Shown in pieces: positions 1 through 6,518 of a stretch of 24,000 bases of DNA (the stretch's first letter is position 1; each line of letters opens with the position of its first letter). The stretch spans positions 129,298 through 153,297 of the forward strand of contig NZ_BMGC01000009.1 of NCBI RefSeq assembly GCF_014639795.1. Direction: 5' to 3'. A model generated the notes under the pieces. It saw only the letters and a program-made list of their open reading frames with translations, had not been told where the DNA came from and did not search any database. The stretch comes from Gordonia jinhuaensis (GTDB lineage Bacteria; Actinomycetota; Actinomycetes; Mycobacteriales; Mycobacteriaceae). Made by a program: the position numbers and the translations under genes.

Positions 1-112
1 ACATGGCCTTCTCCCGTTGTTCGTTGTGTCGTGTTCGTCCTGCGCGGTGTCGTGTTCGTCCCGCGTGGTGTGGGTCCGCGAGACCGCTGCAGGAGCGACT
101 CGCGACACTTTT

Positions 113-127
113 TGAAAACGATTGGCG
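113..127. promoter_or_regulatory. Zur-box-like site 1 (TGAAAACGATTGGCG)
   Basis: Matches 11 of 15 positions of the actinobacterial Zur palindrome TGAAAAT-N-ATTTTCA. The left half is near perfect. It is an A/T-rich island in otherwise GC-rich DNA, upstream of the COG0523-like/rpmE2 operon. Confidence 0.35.
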
Positions 128-165
128 TTAAGCCGCGACAGCACGTTACCCTCAACGCACGAAAA

Positions 166-180
166 TGAAAACCATTCCCG
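166..180. promoter_or_regulatory. Zur-box-like site 2 (TGAAAACCATTCCCG)
   Basis: Same core as site 1 (TGAAAAC-N-ATT), 53 bp downstream and 20-55 nt upstream of the candidate starts of the COG0523-like gene. Matches 11 of 15 positions of the Zur palindrome. Confidence 0.35.
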
Positions 181-199
181 ATAGAGCCTGCTCGTCGGG

Positions 200-1591
200 A
201 TGCGGGGCTGGCAAGGAGATGGTGTGAACGACATGCGCACAGGGGATCGACACTCGCTGGTGGTGGTCTGCGGTCTGGACTTCGACACCACCCGCCGCAC
301 CGCCGCCACGCTGCTGGCACCCACCACCGTGGTGGTCGAGTACGACCTGAGTGCGCTGGCCCTCGGGCATATCCGACGGGTGGTGCGCACCGTCGACGCC
401 GACGGACTGCCGAGCGTGCGCTACACCGACGTGGCGCTCGAACATGGCTGCGTGTCGTGTGCCCTGCGCCTGGATCTGCTGCCGCTGCTGCCGCTGCTGC
501 CGCTGCTGCGGTCGATGCGGACGTGGAGCGGGGTCGAGCGGATTGTGCTCGCGCTGCACCCGATGATCGAACCCGAGCCGCTGAGCTGGGCGATCACCAA
601 CACGATGGTCGTCGGTGTGCCCGGCCGGGTCGACGCGCCGGCCGGTCGTGACGTGCGCCTCGACGCGGTGATCGCCTGCCTCGACATGCGGCGGTGGCTC
701 TCGGATGCCACCGGCGACCAGACGCTGTCCGAGGCGGGGATCTCCGAGATCGACGACGAGCGCACCCTCGCGCAAGTGGTGGTCGGCCACGTGGAATTCG
801 CCGACGCCCTGGTGCTGACCGGCGTGGCCGACACCGCGCAGGAGAGTCAGGCGTGGGAGAGCCGGGGCTGGGAGATGGCCCGCACCTGTGCGGTGTTGCG
901 GCGGGTCGCCCCGCTGGCGCCGGTGCTCTACGAGCGCGCCGACCGCACACTGACCGCCGGCAGGATCGCGCAACTGCTCGCTGCGATCCCCGACGGCTCG
1001 CGCCGTGGGAGGGTCTTCGGTGCACACGACCCCCTGCTGTCGGGTCAGCCTCCGCTCGACGACGACTGCGGCGTACAGATCGTCGAGTTCTCCGCCGACC
1101 GTCCCTTTCACCCTGAACGCCTGCACACCGCGATCGACAGTCTGCTCGACGGTGTGGTCTGCGCACGGGGACGCCTCTGGGTGGCGACGCGACCCGACGA
1201 GGCGCTGTGGCTGGAGAGTGCGGGCGAGGCGTTGCGCATCGCCGACGGTGGTGACTGGCTCGCCGCGATGACCCCGGCCGAGCGTGACGAGGTCGCAGCC
1301 GTGGATCCCGAGCGCGTGGCCATGGCGTCGCTGCGCTGGGACCCCGTCCACGGCGACCGGCACACCGCACTGGTGGCCGTGGCGCATCGCGCCGATCCCG
1401 CCCACATCCAGGACGAACTGCGCGCCGCCTGTCTCACCGACGCCGAATATGCGGCCGGTCCGGCGCTCTGGAACACCTGGTCGGACCCGTTCGGGCATGA
1501 ACACGTCGATCCGTGCGTTGACAGCCAACAGGAGCGTGACGGCACCGCGCCGGCCACGCATGAACCGACCACGAGAAAGGACGCCCCATGA
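200..1591 (+). CDS. COG0523/CobW-family-like protein with degenerate GTPase motifs and a CobW C-terminal-like domain
   Basis: 463-aa ORF. The N-terminal region aligns by eye to the COG0523 G-domain, but Walker A is [11 protein letters not shown] instead of GxxGxGKT. The CxCC metal motif reads GCVSC, and NKxD is replaced (VLTGVAD). The C-terminal part ([17 protein letters not shown]...RGRLWVA) looks like CobW_C. The stop overlaps the rpmE2 start (ATGA at 1588-1591). Start uncertain: AAGGAG at 213-218 favours GTG 224 or ATG 233 over ATG 200. Confidence 0.75.
   Translation: MRGWQGDGVNDMRTGDRHSLVVVCGLDFDTTRRTAATLLAPTTVVVEYDLSALALGHIRRVVRTVDADGLPSVRYTDVALEHGCVSCALRLDLLPLLPLLPLLRSMRTWSGVERIVLALHPMIEPEPLSWAITNTMVVGVPGRVDAPAGRDVRLDAVIACLDMRRWLSDATGDQTLSEAGISEIDDERTLAQVVVGHVEFADALVLTGVADTAQESQAWESRGWEMARTCAVLRRVAPLAPVLYERADRTLTAGRIAQLLAAIPDGSRRGRVFGAHDPLLSGQPPLDDDCGVQIVEFSADRPFHPERLHTAIDSLLDGVVCARGRLWVATRPDEALWLESAGEALRIADGGDWLAAMTPAERDEVAAVDPERVAMASLRWDPVHGDRHTALVAVAHRADPAHIQDELRAACLTDAEYAAGPALWNTWSDPFGHEHVDPCVDSQQERDGTAPATHEPTTRKDAP
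476..508 (+). repeat. In-frame 9-bp tandem repeat (CTGCTGCCG x3.7) encoding [11 protein letters not shown]
   Basis: Read directly from the sequence. It lies immediately after the degenerate GCVSC motif of the COG0523-like CDS. Confidence 0.9.
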
Positions 1592-1854
1592 AGAAGGACA
1601 TCCACCCCGATTACCACCCGGTGGTCTTCCAGGATGCGTCGACGGGCAAGACATTCCTCACCCGCTCGACCGTCACCTCGGATGCCACTTTTGAATGGGA
1701 GGACGGTAACCGGTATCCTCTAGTGGTTGTCGATGTCACGTCCGACTCGCATCCGTTCTGGACCGGTGCGCAGCGGGTGCTGGACACGGCCGGTCGAGTG
1801 CAGAAGTTCGAGCGCAAGTACGGAAAGCGCACTCGTCCCACCAAGAACGCATAA
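1588..1854 (+). CDS. rpmE2: 50S ribosomal protein L31 type B (Cys-less, zinc-independent paralogue)
   Basis: 88 aa starting [14 protein letters not shown], with HPFWTG. It contains no cysteine, so no CxxC zinc knuckle. GAAAGGA RBS 6 nt upstream; start overlaps the stop of the upstream CDS. Confidence 0.93.
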   Translation: MKKDIHPDYHPVVFQDASTGKTFLTRSTVTSDATFEWEDGNRYPLVVVDVTSDSHPFWTGAQRVLDTAGRVQKFERKYGKRTRPTKNA

Positions 1855-1905
1855 CCAGCGCGTGGCGATCGGACGGTCGTCACAAGCAACGAGAAGGGCT
1901 TAACA

Positions 1906-2079
1906 ATGGCTGTACCGAAGCGTCGGATGTCGCGGGCGAATTCCCGCTCCCGTCGTGCGCAGTGGAAGGCGGAGAACCCGCAGCTGCAGAACGTCAAGGT
2001 CGGAGGCGTCAAGCAGCGCGTCCCGCGTCGTCTGGTGAAGGCCGTGCAGGCCGGCATCATCGACCTCGACCGGCGCTGA
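1906..2079 (+). CDS. rpmF: 50S ribosomal protein L32
   Basis: 57-aa ORF not in the track (<60 aa): [57 protein letters not shown]. It has the typical L32 N-terminus (MAVPKRR.S). GAGAAGGG RBS 7 nt upstream. Same position relative to mprA as Rv0979A in M. tuberculosis. Confidence 0.9.
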   Translation: MAVPKRRMSRANSRSRRAQWKAENPQLQNVKVGGVKQRVPRRLVKAVQAGIIDLDRR

Positions 2080-2100
2080 TCCGGTAACAGACGCAGCGTG

Positions 2101-2132
2101 AAGCTGGCCACCTGGTGGTGGCCAGCTTTTCG
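2101..2132 (+). terminator. Rho-independent terminator after rpmF
   Basis: Perfect 12-bp stem AAGCTGGCCACC / GGTGGCCAGCTT with loop TGGT, followed by TTTCGTGTG. Confidence 0.8.
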
Positions 2133-2157
2133 TGTGTCCGGAAGTTAGCACCGAGCG

Positions 2158-2829
2158 ATGCTGCTTCAGCAGTTCCTCAACTTCGCCGGGATCACCGCGT
2201 TCGCGGCCTCCGGTGCGCTCATCGGTGTCCGCAAGAACCTCGATCTGTGGGGAGTGGCGACCGTCGCGGTGGCCTCTGGTGTGGGCGGCGGGATCATACG
2301 AGACCTGCTCATCGGCATACATCCGCCCGACTCGATCCAGCGGTGGCCCAACATCACCACCGCACTGGTCACGGCGCTGGTGGTGATGGTGATCCATCCC
2401 CGGTTTCGGCTGATCCAGCCGTTGGTGATGCTGTTCGACGCCGTCGGTATGGGCTTTTTCGCCACCTCCGGAGCCGGTATCGCCCTCGACCACCACGACA
2501 GCGCCTTCGCGGCGGTGATCATCGGTCTCATCACCGCGGTCGGCGGCGGGATCGTGCGCGACGTCCTGGTCCGCGACATCCCGCTGCTGCTGCAGCCGTC
2601 GGACCTGTACGCGGTGCCGGCGACCCTGGGCGCGATGGTGTTCGTGTGGCTCGACGCGATCGGCCCGCGATGGGTCGCGCTGCTGGTGGGCAGCATCGTC
2701 GCCACGGTGCTGCGACTTCTCGCCCTGTGGCGCGGCTGGAGTCTGCCGATGGCCTCCCGGATGCGCTGGTCGGGCAGCGGGTTGTCGCGAACTGTCCTCG
2801 GCAGGTACGGGGACAGGTCAGGAGACTGA
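2158..2829 (+). CDS. TRIC/UPF0126 family membrane protein (two Gly_transporter-type repeats; YadS/YicG-like)
   Basis: 223 aa and multi-pass hydrophobic. The duplicated signature G(V/I)GGGI(I/V)RD(L/V)L appears twice (SGVGGGIIRDLLIG and AVGGGIVRDVLVRD), which is diagnostic of the UPF0126/TRIC family. Confidence 0.85.
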   Translation: MLLQQFLNFAGITAFAASGALIGVRKNLDLWGVATVAVASGVGGGIIRDLLIGIHPPDSIQRWPNITTALVTALVVMVIHPRFRLIQPLVMLFDAVGMGFFATSGAGIALDHHDSAFAAVIIGLITAVGGGIVRDVLVRDIPLLLQPSDLYAVPATLGAMVFVWLDAIGPRWVALLVGSIVATVLRLLALWRGWSLPMASRMRWSGSGLSRTVLGRYGDRSGD

Positions 2830-2856
2830 ATTCGCGGCCGCTCGTTGTGGGCCGTT

Positions 2857-2927
2857 GCAAAAATCGGCCCCGTGAGCGTCGCCGAGGGAAGATTGCCCTC
2901 CGCGGCCACCACGGGGCTGATTTTTGC
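2857..2927 (+). repeat. Structured hairpin repeat, copy 1 (about 71 nt)
   Basis: GCAAAAATCGGCCCCGTG...CGCCGAGGGAAGATTGCCCTCCGCG...CACGGGGCTGATTTTTGC. 18-bp basal stem (one G.T) plus an inner stem around loop AAGATTG. Lies 28 nt after the stop of the TRIC-family gene. Confidence 0.85.
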
Positions 2928-2979
2928 CACCTCACCCGGTGAGGCGAACCGTCCGGGCCCCGGCGGCGTCCAAGAAGGC

Positions 2980-3825
2980 GTGACCCCCAACCCTGACGGC
3001 GTGTTCTCGCGCGACGATCTGCGGCGCCGACACGGCGTCGACGACAACGAGCTGCGCAGGATGCTGCGCTCCGGCGACCTGCAGCGGCTGCGCTCGGGCT
3101 GGTTCGCGACCAGCGATGCCGATCCGGTGGTCGGTGAGGCGGTCCGGCGCGGCGGGGCGTTGAGCTGTGTCTCGGCGTTGCGTCATCACGGGTTGTGGAC
3201 CCCACCTGGCTACTCCGACGACGAGCTGCACATCCGGGGGAGCAGACACGCGACGACGGTCGCGCGCGGGCACCGCACGCAGTGGTGTCAGGCGCCTGGT
3301 CGGGTCGGATCCGTCCAGGCGGCCGTCGATTCGGTGCCGGTGGCCCTCGCGTGTGCGGTGCGCTGCCTGCCCGCGGAGTACTGGGTGGCGGCATGCGATT
3401 CGGCGATGAACCGGCTCGGCTGGACCATCCCCGACCTGCAGGAAGGGATGGGCACGGTGACTGCGGGGATGCGGGCGCTGATGGCGCGCTGCGACGGCCG
3501 GTCGGAATCGGGGACCGAGTCGGTCGCGCGTTACCGGCTCACCTCGGACGGATATGACGTGGTGGTCCAGCCCTACATCGAGGGAGTCGGGCGCGTGGAC
3601 CTCAGGATCGGCAGGCTGCTGATCGAGTGCGACAGCAAAGCCCATCACACCAGCAGGGAGAACTACCGCAACGATCGGCGCCGAGACCGGCAGTCACTGA
3701 TCGACGGATGGTTGTACATGCGGCTGATCTACGAGGACGTGATGTACAGGTGGGAGAGCGTGGTGTCTGACATCGCCGCCGTCACCAGGGCCGACCGGCA
3801 TCGGATGCGCCGGCGGCAAGCGTAG
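2980..3825 (+). CDS. DUF559/Vsr-like endonuclease-fold domain protein (hypothetical)
   Basis: The N-terminal motif VFSRDDLRRRHGVDDNELRRMLRSGDLQRLRSGWFAT and the C-terminal LLIECDSKAHH...DRRRDRQSLIDGWLYMRLIYEDV resemble the common actinobacterial DUF559 family. The track ORF starts at 2845 but that part reads through repeat copy 1. Start taken as GTG 2980 (alternative GTG 3001); it is uncertain. Confidence 0.6.
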   Translation: MTPNPDGVFSRDDLRRRHGVDDNELRRMLRSGDLQRLRSGWFATSDADPVVGEAVRRGGALSCVSALRHHGLWTPPGYSDDELHIRGSRHATTVARGHRTQWCQAPGRVGSVQAAVDSVPVALACAVRCLPAEYWVAACDSAMNRLGWTIPDLQEGMGTVTAGMRALMARCDGRSESGTESVARYRLTSDGYDVVVQPYIEGVGRVDLRIGRLLIECDSKAHHTSRENYRNDRRRDRQSLIDGWLYMRLIYEDVMYRWESVVSDIAAVTRADRHRMRRRQA

Positions 3826-3843
3826 GTGCCGCATGCAGTCGGT

Positions 3844-3916
3844 GGCAGAAATCGGCCCCCTGAGCGCCGCCGAGGGAAGATTGCCCTCGGCGTCCACCAC
3901 GGGGCTGATTTTTGCC
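3844..3916 (+). repeat. Structured hairpin repeat, copy 2 (73 nt)
   Basis: GGCAGAAATCGGCCCCCTG...CGCCGAGGGAAGATTGCCCTCGGCG...CACGGGGCTGATTTTTGCC. Same orientation as copy 1, with a perfect inner stem. Lies 19 nt after the stop of the DUF559-like gene. Confidence 0.85.
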
Positions 3917-3938
3917 ATCTGATCTCCGCCATCAGGTG

Positions 3939-3964
3939 GGAACCTGGTGCGCGTCGGAGGGGTT
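3939..3964 (+). promoter_or_regulatory. ECF (SigE/SigH-type) promoter-like motif GGAAC-N18-GTT upstream of mprA
   Basis: GGAACC at 3939-3944 and GTT at 3962-3964. The spacing is compatible with mycobacterial GGAAY(A)-N16-17-(c)GTT promoters. The two elements also form an inverted repeat (GGAACC/GGTTCC). Confidence 0.3.
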
Positions 3965-4003
3965 CCTTACCAGCGTCTCAGTCACTCACGTAAAACTGGA
4001 CAC

Positions 4004-4693
4004 ATGCGCATCCTGGTTGTAGACGACGACCGAGCCGTCCGCGAGTCCCTGCGGCGATCACTCACCTTCAACGGCTACACCGTCGACACCGCGACCGACG
4101 GGATGGGTGCGCTCGAACAGATCACCCAGGAGCGACCCGACGCCCTCGTGCTCGATGTGATGATGCCGCGTCTGGACGGTCTGGAGGTGTGCCGGCGGCT
4201 CCGGTCGACCGGCGACGACCTGCCGATTCTCGTGCTCACCGCCCGCGACAGTGTCTCCGAACGTGTTGCCGGCCTCGATGCGGGCGCCGACGACTATCTG
4301 CCCAAACCGTTCGCACTCGAAGAACTGCTGGCCCGGCTGCGCGCCCTGATGCGTCGTGCCACCACCGAGAACCCCGAGGCCGAGTCGGAGGCGATGACCT
4401 TCGCCGACCTGACCATGGACCCCGACACTCGTGAGGTGACCCGGGGTGAACGCTCGATCAGTCTTACCCGCACCGAGTTCGCGCTGCTGGAGATGCTGAT
4501 GGCGAACCCGCGCCGGGTGCTCACCCGCAGTCGGATCCTCGAAGAGGTGTGGGGTTACGACTTCCCGACGTCGGGCAATGCGCTCGAGGTCTACATCGGG
4601 TACCTGCGACGCAAGACCGAGGCCGAGGGCGAACCACGACTCATCCACACCGTCCGCGGTGTCGGTTATGTGTTGCGTGAGACGCCCCCGTGA
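4004..4693 (+). CDS. mprA: OmpR-family response regulator MprA
   Basis: 229 aa. [20 protein letters not shown]...[17 protein letters not shown]...[37 protein letters not shown]...[12 protein letters not shown] is near-identical in long stretches to M. tuberculosis MprA. Followed by mprB, pepD and moaB2 in the same order. The track ORF start at 3947 is an upstream extension. Confidence 0.93.
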   Translation: MRILVVDDDRAVRESLRRSLTFNGYTVDTATDGMGALEQITQERPDALVLDVMMPRLDGLEVCRRLRSTGDDLPILVLTARDSVSERVAGLDAGADDYLPKPFALEELLARLRALMRRATTENPEAESEAMTFADLTMDPDTREVTRGERSISLTRTEFALLEMLMANPRRVLTRSRILEEVWGYDFPTSGNALEVYIGYLRRKTEAEGEPRLIHTVRGVGYVLRETPP

Positions 4694-6189
4694 CCGTCGG
4701 CCATCCCTCGGCGCCGCCGCCTGAGGGTGGACACGGTGCGCCACAACAGGATTCGCGACTCCCGCGTCCGATGCGCGATCCGTTTGCGATCACCCGGTCG
4801 GTATCACTGCGGCTGCGCGTGACCTTGCTGGCCGCGACCGTCGTGGGGGTGGCGGTCGCGGTGATGGCTGCGGCCGCCTATCTGGTGGTCTATCGCGCGC
4901 TCTACGCCGACGTCGACACGCAACTGGAGAACCGCGCCGACAGCCTCACCGTGCTGGTGAGCTCCGGTGCGCTGGACTCGACTCCGCAACTTCTCGTCGG
5001 TGGGACGTTGTACTCGACCGACGTCTCGGTGGGGTTGGTGTACCCGGACGGCCGGTCGGTGTGGATCGGTGAGGTGACCTACGGTTCGGTCGAACGCGAG
5101 GTCGCCGCGTCGGCACCCGGCTCGGGACTGAACAATTCGAGTCTGCGCACGGTCGACAACAAGCGTGTGATCGCACGCAAGGTCGAGAACGGCGACACGT
5201 TGATCCTCGCCCAGGACCTCGAGCCCACAGACGAGGTGCTCAACCGCCTCGCCTGGGTTCTCGCGATCGTCGGCGGCTGCGGTGTGATCCTGGCGGCGGT
5301 CGCCGGCACCACGGTGGCGCGCGCCGGGTTGCGACCAGTCGCGAGATTGACCCATGCCGCCGACCGGGTCGCGCGGACCGACGATCTGCGCCCGATCCCC
5401 GTCTCGGGCAACGACGAACTGGCGAGACTGACCGAGAGCTTCAACATGATGCTGCGCGCGCTGGCCGAGTCGCGCGACCGGCAGAGCCGGCTGGTCGCCG
5501 ATGCCGGACATGAGCTGCGCACCCCGCTGACATCGTTGCGGACCAATTTGGAGTTGCTGATCGCGGCCAGCGAGCCGGGTGCCCCGCCGGTGCCGCCGGA
5601 GGACATGGCTGAGCTGCGCACCGACGTGATGGCCCAGATCGAGGAGCTCTCCACCCTGGTCGGCGATCTGGTGGACCTGGCCCGGGAGGATGCGCCCGAG
5701 GTGGTCCACGAGGAGATCGAACTCACCGAGATCCTCGACCGATCTCTCGAACGCGTTCGCCGCCGCCGCAGCGACGTCGAGTTCGAGGTGTACGCCATGC
5801 CCTGGTACGTCTTCGGTGAACCGGCCGGGTTGTCGCGGGCGGTGCTCAACATCCTCGACAACGCCGCCAAGTGGTCGCCACCGGGCAGCCCGGTGCGGGT
5901 GACGCTGCAGCAGGTCGACCCGCTCAACGCCGAGCTGGTGGTCGAGGACGCGGGCCCCGGGATCCCGCCCGATGAGCGAGACCTGGTGTTCGAACGCTTC
6001 TACCGCTCGACGGCGTCGCGGTCGATGCCCGGTTCGGGGCTCGGCCTGGCGATCGTGCGTCAGGTGGTGGTCAAACACGGCGGTTCCGTGTCGGCCGAGG
6101 CCTCCCAGCTCGGTGGGGCACTCCTGCGCATCCGGATGCCGGGTCGGCCGATACCCGCCGATGCGACGCCCCGCGTGGTCAGTCAGTGA
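4690..6189 (+). CDS. mprB: Two-component sensor histidine kinase MprB
   Basis: 499 aa with two TM segments, a HAMP region, H-box [14 protein letters not shown] and an HATPase_c domain (N-box ILDNAAKW, G-boxes EDAGPGI and GSGLGLAIV). GTG start overlaps the mprA stop (GTGA). Alternative start ATG 4771. Confidence 0.9.
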   Translation: MTVGHPSAPPPEGGHGAPQQDSRLPRPMRDPFAITRSVSLRLRVTLLAATVVGVAVAVMAAAAYLVVYRALYADVDTQLENRADSLTVLVSSGALDSTPQLLVGGTLYSTDVSVGLVYPDGRSVWIGEVTYGSVEREVAASAPGSGLNNSSLRTVDNKRVIARKVENGDTLILAQDLEPTDEVLNRLAWVLAIVGGCGVILAAVAGTTVARAGLRPVARLTHAADRVARTDDLRPIPVSGNDELARLTESFNMMLRALAESRDRQSRLVADAGHELRTPLTSLRTNLELLIAASEPGAPPVPPEDMAELRTDVMAQIEELSTLVGDLVDLAREDAPEVVHEEIELTEILDRSLERVRRRRSDVEFEVYAMPWYVFGEPAGLSRAVLNILDNAAKWSPPGSPVRVTLQQVDPLNAELVVEDAGPGIPPDERDLVFERFYRSTASRSMPGSGLGLAIVRQVVVKHGGSVSAEASQLGGALLRIRMPGRPIPADATPRVVSQ

Positions 6190-6190
6190 C

Positions 6191-6226
6191 GCGAACACCA
6201 ATGAGGCGAACGCCAATGAGGCGACC
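6191..6226 (+). repeat. 15-bp tandem direct repeat GCGAAC(A/G)CCAATGAG x2.4
   Basis: Read directly. It begins 2 nt after the mprB stop codon. Confidence 0.8.
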
Positions 6227-6352
6227 ACACCGTCGGCGGGTAGGGCCGGGTGGTGTCCGAGTTGACGCGCGCGAGAAAATGATTGGGTGATGGCGGGAGT
6301 CGGTGTGAGCCGAACCGACAGAGGTCGACTCCCAGTGTGAACTGCCAGGTAT

Positions 6353-6371
6353 GTCTCAGTCGGTTCTCAGA
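6353..6371 (+). promoter_or_regulatory. MprA-box-like site: GTCTCAGT-CGG-TTCTCAGA
   Basis: Two 8-bp direct repeats separated by 3 nt (19 bp total). This is the architecture described for MprA binding sites in M. tuberculosis. Lies about 150 nt upstream of pepD. The first half-repeat GTCTCAGT recurs at 3975-3982, just upstream of mprA. Confidence 0.5.
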
Positions 6372-6518
6372 CCCGTCGGCGAGTGTGTGATCGAGAACGA
6401 TTGTCCGGCGGTGTCGCCGCTGCGGGCGATCCAAGCTGCGGGCAACGAACCGGCGGGCACACGAACCGGTGGGCGAACGTGAGTGGACAACACTCCGAGT
6501 GAAAGGCACGAGGACGCA

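Noticed and set aside
1-16. Possible divergent minus-strand gene start at the window edge (GGAGAAGG-cc-ATG reading leftwards from position 4)
   Set aside because: Only the start codon lies inside the window, so it cannot be supported as a feature. It is mentioned only as context for the Zur-box-like sites.
152-1654. 500-aa minus-strand ORF covering the whole COG0523-like gene and the rpmE2 start
   Set aside because: Arg/Gly/His/Pro-rich composition with no recognisable domain. It is antisense to two genes with clear protein signatures, which is typical of a high-GC shadow ORF.
2845-2979. N-terminal 45 codons of the 326-aa ORF; also minus ORFs 3694-3918, 3729-3932 and 18341-18601, which share peptides such as AKISPVV.AEGNLPSA
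   Set aside because: The shared peptide is simply the translation of the structured hairpin repeat in different copies. A palindromic non-coding element explains it better than a conserved protein motif.
4804-6228. 474-aa minus-strand ORF antisense to mprB (and 4058-4744 antisense to mprA)
   Set aside because: The plus strand encodes unmistakable HisKA/HATPase and OmpR-family motifs. The antisense product is low-complexity and Arg/Gly/Asp/His-rich.
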